DNA of 60,622 nt, filler included, from Circinaria calcarea (GCA_051942165.1; 3 parts of 3 records of this genome joined end to end with filler, not necessarily neighbours in it); one strand, 5' to 3'; numbered from the whole stretch's first letter, positions 26,401-40,601 are shown. The notes: generated from the letters alone by a model not told the origin. Made by a program: numbers and translations.

Positions 26401-29400
26401 GACAACACAACACAGCCGAATGGAAAGTCTAAGAAAGATAACAAGGGTGGTATCTTCGGTCTATTCACCAGATCTACTGATGATTTGTCTAAGAAGAATC
26501 GCTCTAAAGATACTCCAAAAGAATCTACTCTCGAGAGTTTCGAAGAAACGAAGAAAAAGGGCAAAAGGTCAAAAGATCATAGATCAGCCAAGGATGATGA
26601 TGTTGTTCGCAGTCGCGCTTCTAAGCCTGTGGCTGACTTGAATCATTTTAATAATGATGACTTCGAAGAGCCGAAGAAAAAAAGCAAGAAGTCGAAGGAT
26701 CGAAAATCAAGATATGACGAGGATGATGTGCGAAGCCGCGCCTCTGAGCCCGCATCCACTCTTACTGCGTTTGATGATGACGATAAGAACGAAGACAGAA
26801 AGTCCCGTAAGTCATGGAACAAGGAAGACAAGCGACGAAGTCGTCAGGATGATGCTATACAAGAGAATTCAGGTAGGATCACCCAAGACCTACCGGCCAA
26901 GGTATATATGCCAGCGTCTCCCGGTCATCCCCTTCCAGAATTATCACAAGAGTCACTAACGAACCCCGAGGATCCAATTCTTATCGACTCTGAAGACCAA
27001 AACAAACCACACGTGAATAAAGATGATCGTGAAAAAGACAAATCAATAGCGATCAGTGACGAAAATCAGCCCCTGTCTTTTTTAGGCGAGCGCCAGGAAA
27101 TGGAAAGGCCACCAGATGAAGCCGGTACACTACTACCCCATAAATCAGTCCAGACCTACCCACATTTTCGTGATTTGCCAAAGCTGGAACCTATGAAAGA
27201 CATCTTACCGCCCCTTCCCGAAAGCCGGCCTACATCTCCTATGGAAGTGGGTAAGCTAGATGATCTTCCTTCGCTACCACTTAGTCGGCCTACATCGCCT
27301 GCGACAACGCCATCTGGTCATCGGCGACACTTGTCCATGTTGCAGTTATCCGAGGTCAGCCATCCCGGATCTTCACCTTCTCCTACTGCGGTTCCCTTGT
27401 TCTTCCGTAAACCTCCGTCAGCTGGCTTTAGTCGCTCTTCACCCTCAACCCCTGCGGCGTCTTCACAGAGCGCTGCATCTTTCACACCTCGCCAGCGGCA
27501 ACCCCGACCTTCGTCAACAGAGTTCAAGACATCAACGGAATTTCGGCCCCTCTGGTTAGTTGAACGACATAGCGCTAGACAGATACCTCCATTGAACGAG
27601 GTATATCCATCACTTCCTTCTAGCCATTCTACGTCACGTGCGTCGTCAGTCCACGATCCTGAAGACCTGGATCCGTTCGACGATGTCAAGCTCGGGTCTG
27701 ACGAATTGGATATATTAGCAGAGCCAGATCTTATTGTTGATACTCACCGAAATACTCGCTCAGACTTCCTCGACTCGCAGCAAGCGACCCCAACTGCAGC
27801 TTCGTTTCAATTTAAGGAAATAGCGTACGATGACTTACAGGATGGACAAGCACCTATTTATGAGAAAGAACTTGGGGACATCCTGGCTGGAGATGAGCTC
27901 GAGGGTCAACAAATTCATGGAGTACCGCAGAGGATTACACATTCCGTGGATGATCTTTTCCCAGATTTGCGAGCTAAGTCACCGTCAAGGTACGATTTGG
28001 AAGGTCATGGGGTATTTTCAACGCTTCCCTTGAGTCGGCCTACATCATCACACGATTCATACTCTGTAGACGAACCACCCTCTGCCACAAGGGAGATAGC
28101 AACCGATGCATTAACCAGTGCTGCCAGCCTGGAATTATCCCAATCAACCAGCTACCCCCAAAATCAGCCTGTATCAGACAATGATCGCAATCCTGCACCT
28201 GAGTCTAATTATGAATCCTCTACCAAAAAACCGGAAGAGTCTTCAAGGAGCATACAGGTAGGAGAAGAAGGAAAGACATTTGTTTCTACGAATGACAAGA
28301 GGAAGAAAGACAAAAAACGGCGAAAAGATGGTAAGGTGCTTCAAGAACAGCACGAGCCACGGACTACTAGTTCTTCGGTAACTGTTGTTACCAATCCCGA
28401 TGTGAAGCCTTTGAGCCTCGACGACAGACAGATAATTGAAGAAAAAGATGCCCAAGATGCTGTTGACTCTTGGTTCGCTCCAAGCTCGTTGAAGAAGCGT
28501 AGTAAAGAGAAAACAGACAAAAGGAAAGATAGGGGCATCAACATCCCAGAAAATTCAAGTGAACGCTTAGTTGCGACCGATAGTACTGACGAATTGATCA
28601 ACCCAGTTTCGACTAGCAAAGATCCTGTCCTTACTAGTAATGCGGCTCCTCCAGCAGATTTGGTGGAAGAGGCTAAGTCTACAAAGTCTGGCTATGAGGA
28701 TACTCAACTGGCTCAGGAGGAGGCTACCAGAGCTGAAAGTCTTACTAAGGATGTGCCTGTAGTGGAGGCTGTAGTAGTGATGGCTGCCTCTGCTGTTTCC
28801 GCTGCAGCTTCACTAGTGGGACCCTTGAGACCCTCGGCGTCGAAGACACAGGCTAAGGACGACGACCGACAAGGTATTGCGCCGATTTCTAAAAAAGGGC
28901 AAATCGAGGGGGCAAAACCAGCGGATCAGATTTCTGGCGAGGCAGCGCTGCCAGAGTCCCTTTCTGAAGATAGCACAGGACAAAAAGTTTTGTCTGATGA
29001 TTCACCAGACCCGTCATCTCTGGCGCCGCAAATCGAGGAGGACAGCTGGCAAGATATCTCATCAAAGTCACAAAAGGTGAATGATAAGCATCCAGCACTT
29101 GAACCTCAAGCTTCTCCAAAAGATAATCCACAGCTTAACATCGCTTTCGGACCGCCTCAAGACGCTGCTACCTCATCAATTGATCAAGATCAGTCTATCG
29201 TTAACGACAGGTCCAAAAGGAGTAAAAAGGGAAAGAAAAAATCAGGACCCTCCGAAACCGGGATTGAGCGCGGCTTAGATATGCTTCCAAGTAGTGCATC
29301 ATCTTCAAGTAACGTCGTTGAGACCAAAATGGGTGAACAGCAGCTAAGGGAACCTGTCTTGTTGAAAAGATCGAAAAAAGACAAGAAAGGGAGAGAATCT

Positions 29401-32400
29401 GCGCCTCTCAATTATCTTGAGGAACCAGTAATTTCGAGTGCTCAAGTGCATAGCCAAGGAGAAAAATCCAAGCCGGTCATTTCCGACTTTACTTCAAATA
29501 CTACCAGTGAAGTCGTTGTGGACGCAGGTCATCAAAACGCCGAGGCTAGGCAAGCTATTTCGAGTACTGACAGTTCAGAAGCTGCTTCATCAACAAATAC
29601 GCAAGCAGTCTCCCCTGAGGAAATTCCTTTGCCGCCTGGCGATGATCCCGAACTGCCTGATACACTTCCAAGAAGTGCGACTATCGATCAGGATACAGTA
29701 AAGGTTGAAGCGCCTGGCGTGGTTTTACCTTCGATCCCCCCAGCTACGCTAAAAGAAAATCAACCTTCAACACATGGTGTCCATAGCCTAACAAACACAC
29801 CTCCAGAGACATCGGGCATCGGACAAGGTGTTGCCATTCTTGAGAATTCGCTCACGATGATACCACCGATTGATGACCAGAGTCCTAACAAGGTTCCACT
29901 GCCCGTTGACGATGACCTGGATTTACTTCCCACGCTACCAGCGAGTCCCAATGAGGTTGCATTACCTGATGGCGATGATCTGGATTTACTTCCCACGCTA
30001 CCGGCGAGTCCCAACGAGGTTGTACTGCCTGATGACGATAATAGGGATATATCTCCTCAGCTATCAGCGGGTCCTAATGAGGTTGCACTACCTGATGATG
30101 GTGAAGTTGGTTTGATTCCCACATTACCAGCGAGTCCTGTGATTAAGGGGAAAGTAACGGATGTGAACGACATTGTAGTTCCGGTATCTCCGAGTTCGCC
30201 AATCACCCCGGAGAAACTTGCATTACCAGATGGTGACGACAAAGATCTTTTTGACACCGTTCCCTTACTTTCAAGGTCGGAGTTCCAAGACACTATAAAG
30301 GTAGAGTATCGTTCTACCGATAATATTCCAAATCCATCTGGGAAACCAGATCTTGTCACCTTTAGCGAGAGAGACTCGTTCACATCCTCCCTAAAGCAAG
30401 ACGAGGAGCATGAGATTACCCAAGCTCCACAAAGACAGCTTCGAGAGGAGAAAGTATTAATGGAGGCAATACCAACTCCGCATACAGCTCAAGTCAGTGA
30501 AACACCATTCTTCGAAGCCGCTTCAAGCTTGCCGTTAGAAAGCCGTCTCCGAGATAATTCCAATGACTACTTCACAATGGCGGAGAGTAAAAGTAGAAAG
30601 AAAAGGAGGAACGGCCGGCAGAGCCAGCCTACGACTCCTTACGCAGGGTCTGAAATTGGGAGGGAAGATTTTGAGACGCCTATGGAGCTTCCTCCTATAG
30701 ACAATAGTAGATTTTTACAAACTGAGACCCCAAATGATACGCCTTCAGACAACCATACACCACAACCCGTCGGGGATGAGTGGGCGCTACCAATAAAGAA
30801 AGGCAAGAAAGGCAAGAACTTGAAGGCTGTCGATACGTCTTCTAGTTCACCGGTTTCCAAAAATCACCAAGAAGCACTCTTATTCGAGCAGGAAGATCCT
30901 ATACTGTTGACTAGCGGCTCTATGGAACCATTAGACGACCATTCAACACGAGAGGAGCTCGATTATAAGCGCGGTGATAACCATGAGAATCTTTTACCGG
31001 GCAACAAAATGCTACAAGCCAGCTCGCTCCCTAGTCCTGGCCCTGGAAGCTTAATAGCCTCGGACAGCCAAATTGATCAACCTGGGCTCCCAGTCACTTC
31101 AAACCTGACGAGAGCACCGAAGGACAAACTTGAGGAACCCGCCGCGGATAATAATTGGGGCTTTCCGACAAAGAGAAAGGGCAAGAAAGTCAAAAAGTCC
31201 AAAGAAGTAGAAGCTGGGTCCGTCCCAAACACGTTGAATGATCAGCAGAATCTGGTAGAACCGAATCAAACGTCGGATACCAGTAGTATCACTAATGAGA
31301 CACGGAACATAATAGATCAGGAGAGTACACCAGTCCTAGACGTTACTAGCTTTGATGAAACAATTCCATCTCAAGGAGGTACTGCTAATCTGTCGTCTCG
31401 GAAAAAGGGTAGAAAATTGAAGAAAGGTGATCAAGCAAGCATGATTGAGGCCAAAGAACCCGATACTCACGAAGCTGTGCAGACGGTCTCTATTGAGTCT
31501 TGTTCGGTAAGCTCTAATAGCCCTCTGGCCGAAAACAGTGAAGAGTCCAGTATGTCAGCGTCGAAGAAGAATAAAAAGAGCCAACGAAAGGCATTGTCAA
31601 GAACTGTTGGTGAGACTGCGCATTTTTCTAATTTCCCAGATCAGGTACAAAATATCGAGGAAACACCAGTATCTGAAGACTTACGTGCGGCATCCACATC
31701 TCGAGATTTCAAGCCAGTAAGTGATGAGGTTGCCAGCCAAGAACCCAGCGGGGCTATCCGAATCATTCCCGGAACTGAGGATTCTATGACGACTAAAGCC
31801 CATTCACAACGCTTATACCTGTATGACAAGGCTCCAAGTTCAATTGAAGCCGCTCTCCTCGAGCACCCAGCCGCACCTGTTGAGCAAAGAGCGCTTAATT
31901 TACTGCCCACCGCAGAATCTGCGGCAGACAAGATCTTACAAGAAGCAAGGATGACGATATTACCAACAGAAGATATGCAGGATTTTCCAGATGATCATAG
32001 AACAAATCATGAAGCAGTTACGGATTCTATTGTCCTTGGAACGGGCGAGAGCAAAGATGCCCGTTTGAACCAAGAGAACGAGCCCTTACTTCAGGCTCGA
32101 ACTTCCGGAAACGCAGATGACGTGATACTTCGCGAAGCAATTAGCTATCCCTTACCATCAGACAATCTAGAGCATCTTCGAGAGGATCTTTCTCTACAGG
32201 ATAAAACTTCTAGCTCGCACGACCGTGAGATGGATGGTGATAATATAATCATGGCGAGTAAGGACCTCGAAGAGCAATCTAGTCTAAGGGGTGCTAGATC
32301 CCAAGAAGATGCTATCTTGGATGAAGCGAGCAAAGCCAAATTACCTCCAGATGATGTGGATTCGTATTCGATGGATGAATCCGCGCAGCGTACGACAGTC

Positions 32401-35400
32401 ATTGAATCTTCTGCTACTGATTCTAGTAGCAATACAGAGATCGGGGCAAGTCAAAAGACGAGGTTCTCACCTGTACAGTTGGACCTTGAGTCCCAAGAAG
32501 AAGCCATATTCGAGGAAGCTAAGAACGCGGTCTTACCCTTTGATATTGCAGATTCATATACGGGCGATGAAGGTTCACAATACATAGCTACTGCTCCTTC
32601 GTCAAACATTGAACTCTATGGTGCAGGAATGCAACAACTTCAAAGTGTGGAGACACAACCAGCCGTTTCGCCCCCAAAATCTCGCGAAAATATTTCCGTG
32701 GAGGAATCTGGTGACTCTGTATTGCCAGCAGACAAGATTGAGGAACCCCTTATAGATCCGACCAACCAACTCAACAAAAAGATAGACCGCGCGGATAATG
32801 AGACGGTTGAAGATTTTCGATTAAGTCCGCAAGCCATCCCACTTCTCATGAATCAGGAAGAGTCTCAGGAAGATAGGATGTTGCACGATGCTGTTGCTCT
32901 GGCTCTACCCGCAAATACTGCAGATGAATCTTATGGGCACCACGCAGAGGTCTCCACAACAGTCTCATCTGATCGTAAACAGGATACTTCCACACTTCGG
33001 AAAGAGCCTGCTTTAAGCGAAATCCAGGTGACGCAATCTGAAGAAGACATTCTGTTGAATGAAGCGGCGGCCACTGTCCTCCCGCCAGATGCAGAAGTCG
33101 AAAGCCTCGAAAACTTGGAGGACAAGCCAGTAGCACTCGATGAGCTCAGAACACTTGATGAGTCTGAACAGGTCCAACCAAATGACTTTCCGAGCAGGAT
33201 TACTAAGAAGTCGAAGAAGACCAGAAAGTCAAAAGCATCTGCTTGGGATGACGACTCTGCCAGCGCTGAATTTGAAGAACAAAGCCTGCCCAAGCTTGAT
33301 GCGACTTTGAGCGAAACGGCCAGGACATCACAGGTAACGCAACCCCAAGCAGAGTCAAGTAGCTCCTTATCCAAAGAAATCAAGGCATCCACTGAAGCTG
33401 CTCACGAGCCCCTTAGAAGCAAAAGAGACAAAAAGAAGAGCAAGAAAGCGCAGGCTCTCAATTGGGCACCCGATGTTGAAATTGCTATCCCTAATGAATC
33501 TCTTACAGCAAGCGCCAGTGCACCTGCTCCCAGTTTGCCGACAGATGGACTCAACATGGTAGATAATGGGAGCCAAAATGTACATGATTCTGGGACCCTC
33601 GAAAAATTAGTTGCTCTTTCAGGGGAGACAGTTCCCGATATGAACGCTGCTGTTATCAATGATAAGGGACGTTATCCTGTAGCGAAAGTTAAAGAGCGTA
33701 AAAGAAAAGGTAAAGGAGCTCAAGCTCTAAATTGGGATGGCCATGGGGAAGCCACTGTATCCGAAAAATCTTCTGCAACCACTGAACTGTCACTACCATT
33801 AACTCTAGAGAGTAATCTAGATATTCCTCCTGTCCTAGCACAAACAACTGAAGGTCTTGGCAACATTGCTTCTGTGAAGAAAGGCAAAAAAGACAAGAAG
33901 AGTAAGAAATCTCAAGCTCTTAGCTGGGAAGATGACGTCAAAGCCCTAGAACCTCAAGTATCCTCAACGAAAGAGCTTGATCTGTCGAATCCAGAAGCAT
34001 CGCCAGAGACGTCTGCTCTGCCTGGAGATGGAAACGCTGCTGAAATCACATTTTCTAGCGATAGTTACAATCTTCTTGGCACAGAGGCTGCCACGGCTAC
34101 AATTACCGCTATTCAAGAGAAGGGACCTACAGAAGTAGTGAACTCCACCGAGCCAAATATTGATGTCAAAGGAGACACGACGGCGATGCTAGGAGATCCA
34201 ATGATATCGGCTAAGCAGTACCCCGTATTCCCCGAGATCGAAATACCGGATTCCCAGTTTAGCGTGAACACAGACGGGGATTCAGCTGATGTGGAATCAT
34301 TTAGCCTGAAGAGAAGCAAAAAAGATAAGAAGTCCAAGAGAGTACGAACAGTTGATCCGGGTGAAGAGCCGAATGTTGCAGTTAACGCAGATCCAACCAT
34401 ACCAGTCTCGAAGTATCCTGAATTTCCTGAAATTGAACTTTCGGATTCTGAGAACATTACGAGGACAGTAATTGAACCTACTAGGTTTGCAACGTTTGAT
34501 TCGAAGAAGCCAGAGAAGAACAAGAAAGGGAAGAAGGTAGACATGTTTAGAGCGGATAATGATTCTAAAACCGTCAGAGCAGATCCCGCCGTCAATGAGG
34601 GATCTAACGTGACAGTGAAAGATTTTGATGAAGTACCCGCCAACAAAAATGCCAACATCGAGGGATCTGAAAAGCTTCAAGCAGGTTCCGATGACATCAA
34701 CATTTCTGTTTCAAAGAAAGGCAAGAAGGACAAGAAGAAAGCGAAAAAAACCCAACTGGCTGACTGGGATGAAGAACCTGAGAGTGGCTTACCTGAAAGT
34801 TTCCTACACGAAGGGGTGATTGGAAATGACACAGAAGTTGGCGCACAAGGACCTTTGAGTCTACCAGAAAGTAGCATAATCGACAATACTACCTCCCAAA
34901 ATGTAGCTACTAAATCTGATGACGAGGCTCAACTCAGCTTTGAAATTAGTGGGGAGGATAAAACGAAGGCGAAGAAAGCATTACTACCCTTGGAAACCCA
35001 GCGGCCTCAGCTAAATCTAAGCGGTCAAGAGATCGAAGCCTCTAGGACAATCACTCCGGACGTTCTACAAAGTACAGAGATGGGGCAACAAATGTTGGAA
35101 AACTTACAATCGCATGAAGTCCTGGAAAAGCAAAAAGCCCTGTTAGAGCCAGAATCTCGACCAGAACAAGAAATCTTACGAAAACCAAAGGTCCTGTTAG
35201 AGTCAGAAGTCATACGAGAGCAAGAAATCCTACCAGAGTTAGATGTCCTACAAGAGCAAGAACCAGAAGTCCAAGAAAATCTTGAAGGCCGACAAGAGCC
35301 AGCAGATCCCAACCTTGACCGTGCCATAGAGCCGTCAGTTGTTCCTTCCCAGTCCGCAACTATCATTCCTAAACAATCCGAGTCCCAACCCGTGGATACA

Positions 35401-38400
35401 AGTCTTGCTGAGGATCCGGAAAATTTGTCCATGAATGATCCCCCTTGGATACCTGATCTGCAAGATCGAGAGGCAGCCAACGTCAAAGCAGCACCGGACC
35501 TACGAGACGATAGACAATCTGAACCCCCACGGAATGACATGCTTCTCCAGGAAGCTAAAGCAGATACTCCTTTGGGGTTTCAAAAGGGGACGCTATTGCC
35601 ATTGCTTCCTGTAACGAATCAAGTAGAGACACTACCAGAGACTAATCCTTCTCTTAGTATCCTTGATACCACTCGCGATACATTGGAGAAACAGCCGGAT
35701 GAAGTAGCAAGTAAAGAGAGTCGGATAGCCATACAAGGTCCCCGAGACGTCGCGCCGGTCATGGAAGACGCCTCCTTCAGCAGTGAAAGTTTCATTTTCC
35801 CAACACACGACTCACCAGCCTTAGATTCTACAACTAACACAAAAACAGAGCATGTTGCCATCAGCGATAAGGCGGAGGGTCATGTTAGCATCGTTCCAGA
35901 AGCGATTGTAAGGGATAAATTTATAGGTTTCACAAGCAAGAAGAAGAGCAAGAAGGATAGGAAGAAGGGGCATCAGGAAATACCGCCAGATGCGAGTAGC
36001 GCAATAGACTCAGGTCTCTCTACTCAAATAGAGCCAGTCCCACCTGTCGAGGGGGTCAAGTCTATACCTGCTGCTGCTTCGGCTCTAGGTATACTCGCAG
36101 TTGAATCCATTGTTAGCAAAGATGAACACGGGCATTCTAACCCGGAAGAAGTACCTTTAGTACGAAACAAATTGGGGGCCCTGCCTGACTACGATGAGGA
36201 CTTTTTTACTGTTCGTCAGGAGTCGATTCTGAGAGCAGAAGAACGGATTCCTACAGAAGAAGTAAAGTATGGAGCTGAGGAAAATGACAAGCTACCCAGC
36301 CCTGATGGTTCCAGCGCGTTCAATATGGGGACGAGGAAGAAGGGCAAAAATTCAAAGAGGCAAAAGCCGCTACTGTGGGAGGATGATATCATTGCGCCTC
36401 CTACAGTCCTGAAGTCTGGTCAAACTGAACTTAGAGGGAGCCCGAGTCCATTGCCAGCCTCTGAAGCTCAACCTGCTCCGGAGCCATCAGGTCAGGAGCA
36501 TGACTCTGAAGATGTTTGTGTTCCGCCCTTGGACGAGCCTCTGCAGTCGCAGGAGTCTATTGCCATAAAGCAAGATCAAGTTCTCAAAAGTAATGACCTT
36601 AAGCGTGGAAGGATCCAAGACAACGACGAAGAGTATCAGATCACTAGCGGGCTGCAATCATCAGATACAGAGCGATTCCAAGAGCCGGATGTTCCACCAG
36701 ACGTCGAGTCTGAACAACAGGGTCATAGTCACCAAAGTGATACATCACATGGAGAATCACAAATTCCTGCAGTGAGCTCTCCGGGTTATCTTTCCAACCT
36801 TGCTGAGGCAAGAGGCATTGTCCAAAAAGCCGAGGAAGCGCCTGAGGCTTCCTGGGCACTTCCCGTCACAAGAAGCAAGAAGTCGAAGAAAAAGCAGAGT
36901 GAACCATTTGCGGCAATGGGAATTACGGAGACCAACTTCAGCAGATCGCCCGGTCCAGTCGAAAATGTCGAAGATCAAATTACCTCATTCCCCATGGATC
37001 CTCCAGCAGAAACATCAACAGAAGCAGCTTATCTACCAAAGGAACAGACGTTAGACAATCAACTCTCAGGATTAGCGCAACATAAGGATCAGGAAGTTAG
37101 CACTGTCGCGGAGCCTGAAGACGTCTGGGACTTGCTAGTTACGAAGAAAAGCAAGAAACCCAAAAGATCAAAGAATCAGCGACCAGACCGTGATTTCATT
37201 ACTGAGTCTGCGGATTTACCTCTACATGAAGAGATCATCAAAACAGAACAACCGTCGTTGGATCTACCAAAAGCAGATGTATCAGATTTGAGAAACAACC
37301 CTGAAGTGTACATGGTGCAGGCCCCTCCAATCGTTCAGTCATCTGTAGACTTAAACAAAAAGGAAATCGATGAAAATCTTCCATCAAGCACTGCCGTCAT
37401 GGAATCTGAGCAGCGTTCATCCAACGGCTTTTCGGGAAGAGCGAGGGCAACATCTACTGTGGGTGCTGGAATAGCCTTATTCGAAGGCTTGCAGAGGGCA
37501 GAATCCGCTCCAAAAGGGAAGAAGACCAAGAAAGAAAGGAAGGGAAGCCGACCAACCGATAGGGATGAGACGAATTTCGATCCATCATCAACAGTCAAGG
37601 GGGAAGGAAGTAAAGAACTTGCTACTCAAGAACCTGTCCGGCTAGAGCAAGATCCTGATAACGGCCCTAAGGATATCAGCATGCCCTTGAACTCCTCCCT
37701 CGAGCAACCAAGCTCGCTAGAAACCTCAGCATTTCAACCTGCAGAGCCTGACAAGTCTGCGTACAGAGACAGTGGTGTCCATGTCATAGATTCGCCTGTG
37801 CTACTTGAGGGATGGCCCGTCCGTAATAGCTTGCGTGACAGTGGATATCAAGGCACCGAGGAAAGTCCCAGAATCGACGTAGATTTCCAGGGACAGAAAC
37901 AAGAGACAGACGAACAAAAGGCACGGCCATCAAGTGATGGTTTTTCAAGACAATTACCCTACGATATCATTCCATCTCAAATAGCAGAAGCCTATACCGC
38001 CCCTGGCACAGACAGAAGTAGTATGCCTGATAGCTCGGAAAACCCCTTTAACATCTCTATCGAGGTCGATCCCACTTACGACGTATCGATTTCTAGAGCT
38101 AAGACAGACCGCAATCAGACAAGGAAAGTGTCAATCGTCCAAGCTGATGAACACGAGAAAGAAGACCACGAAGGAGGGCAACGTTCGTCGATTCAACCTG
38201 AGCTTCCCGTAGGTTCTCCACGCCAACCATCCCCGGTAGACTCAACGACCAAAGATCGATCGTCTATTCTATTCCAATCATCACCATCGACAAGAGAAGA
38301 AGGTGTTGACTATGCAGCAACATACCAGCCTCTATCTCCGCGACAAGCCTACGACCAAGGTGAGCCAGTAGCCATCTCAATACCTCTAGCCGAATCATCG

Positions 38401-40476
38401 CAATCACTCCAGGATAACTCACCCAGGAGCATCGAAGGCGGTCTGCGGGGAGTCAAACCAATCTCGCTCTTTGGCGGCCCTCTTGGCGTAAATAGCGACT
38501 TACCGACAAGTGCATCTTCCCCAAGGACTCCGCTAGATTCAGAAGATTCCCGTCGAGGGAAACTAAATACCATTATCGAGTACAGCCCAGAGGAGTCACC
38601 TTTGCATAAGAAGTCTCGGGATATATCAGACGTTGGACTGCGCGACTATGGCCCGAAAGCTGCTCGTCATTCGGCAACGCCGCAAAGTCTTTTGCATCAC
38701 CGAGTTCGTTCGCCGCTGGCCAGCGACGAGAGAGACAAAGGTCCAATCTCGACGGACGATATCTTATCGCGGCTCTCATGGCCAGCTGTTGACGAAGAGA
38801 ACCATTCCGTTGATCTAGACCGGAGTCTAAGCCGCAACGACCACTCGGAACGTCGGACATCGAGTCGACAGAGTAACGTGTCGACTCTAGCGATTGACCC
38901 TCACAAACACCCCGAGCCGGAGAGGCGTTCGTTCAGCGGCGCGAGTATCCGCTCTGGGGAGAGCATCCATGCCATCATCAGAACACCCGACCAACTTCGA
39001 TCGGCGAGTGGTCTGAGTAACCGGTCGTCAGGAACACCACCGTTGCGACGTGTCGACCGCAGCGTCAGTGGAGATTTGAGGGCCGCCAATAAACGGAGTG
39101 AGGCTAAAACAGGCGCTAAGCGAGCCGAGGCCGACAACCTGGGAGCTGAACCTTATGCGGCGATTCCCTCCTCCTCAACTTACGACCCCGTCACCGACAA
39201 AGGCAAGAAAGCCATCAGTGCGATGGCCGATGTCTATGTAAGCCCTTCTCTCCCTGTAGACATGACACGCGACCCAAACTAATCCGATGGAAATGTAGGA
39301 GGGATGGGGTGACGTTCATGGATCCCCGCGATCGCCAACGCGCCCGCCAAGCATGCGACGCCGCCAGAGCATGCAAATCCTGGACCTGGAGACGAGACTC
39401 GACCAGCTCGTATCGGAAAATAGACTGCTGCAAGATGCCAGAGCCAGGGCGGAAAGAAACGTCGATGATGCGGCTCATGATCACAGTCGAGAGAAAAACG
39501 CCCTGACCGAGGCCCTCCAGACACGTGATCTCTACTTGAAGCAAAAGGACTCGGAGCTAAGCGAACTGAGGGACATCTTAGACCGGCTTCATCATGAGGT
39601 GTCGCAACTGACTGAAGTCAACGAGGGATTGACGGGAGCGAGACAGGAGTTTGCTGCCGAACACCAGCAGAGATATGACCAACTTGCAGCCGAGCATACT
39701 GAAACGCATCGACAATTGCAAGACTCCACAAGGGAGTTGGAGGAATTGAAACAGAAACACACGCACCTTTCTACCGGAGTAGAAGGCATCGTTCGCCATG
39801 AAGTCACCGTGGCAATTGAGAGTAAGAACTTAGAGATACGGCAGCTGCGAGACGAGTTGCTCGGCGCAAAAGAACAAGTACGGCTGTTGCAGCAGCAGAT
39901 CCTAGCATCCAAGCCTAGTGATGACCTCCTCACAAGTAGAGACGAGGACTATTTTGACAGTCAATGCCAGCAGCTATGCCAGCATGTGCAACAGTGGGTG
40001 CTGCGCTTCTCCAAGTTCTCGGATATGAGAGCGTGCCGTCGTACCAGCGAAGTTTCTGACGAAAAAGTCATCGATCGCTTTGACAATGCCATTCTCGATG
40101 GATCGGATGTCGACATCTACCTTGCTGACCGAGTCAAAAGGCGTGATGTGTTCATGTCCGTTGTCATGACTATGGTTTGGGAATATGTTTTTACACGATA
40201 CCTCTTTGGCATGGACCGCGAACAACGACAGAAGCTCAAGTCGCTCGAGAAAACCCTGAGCGAAGTCGGTCCAATGAGAGCTGTGAACAAGTGGCGAGCC
40301 ACAACCCTAGTGATGCTATCGAGAAGAGATGCTTTCCGAGCGCAACGAGCGCAAGACACTGAGGCTGTCGTCCAAGAAATCTTTCGCACTCTAGCCGTGC
40401 TCTTACCCCCGCCTTCGCACCTAGTGAATCAGATACAGGAGTCTTTACGCAATGTCATGCGAGCGGCAGTAGACTT
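20413..40476 (+). CDS. lah: Leashin-like Woronin body tether ('involucrin repeat protein'), 3'-partial, >6600 aa
   Basis: 18.8-kb exon 20413-39237, intron 39238-39298 (GTAAGC..CTAAT..TAG), then in-frame EGWGDVHGSPRSPTRPPSMRRRQSMQILDLETRLDQL, a coiled coil, and EDYFDSQCQQLCQHVQQWVLRFSKFSD to the gap. N-terminal blocks GLAAEYYGD and FEEYTEYIGVCKYCF, and an acidic disordered middle with Lys clusters, match the known architecture of Pezizomycotina leashin. Confidence 0.82.
24100..24500 (+). repeat. Coding 24-bp tandem repeat (ERRDQEAR-type charged repeat) in leashin
   Basis: GAACGTAGGGACCAAGAAGCCAGG and variants repeated many times; encodes alternating E/R/D/K, consistent with a single alpha-helix. 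Confidence 0.85.
29883..30140 (+). repeat. Coding 60-bp tandem repeat (PNEVALPDGDDLDLLPTLPAS) x4 in leashin
   Basis: Four consecutive ~20-aa units visible at both DNA and protein level. Confidence 0.85.
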
Positions 40477-40576
40477 NNNNNNNNNNNNNNNNNNNNNNNN
40501 NNNNNNNNNNNNNNNNNNNNTTAATTAATTAANNNNNNNNNNNNNNNNNNNNNNNNNNNNNNNNNNNNNNNNNNNN
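40477..40576. other. Artificial contig-joining spacer
   Basis: N44-TTAATTAATTAA-N44, same as 20219-20318. Confidence 0.95.
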
Positions 40577-40601
40577 CTCCTCCTCCTCCTCCTCCTCCTC
40601 C
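40577..40601. repeat. (CTC)n microsatellite at contig start
   Basis: About 8 CTC units; on the minus strand it would read VYELEDKKAEKEEEEEEEE after a possible CAG acceptor. Confidence 0.8.
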
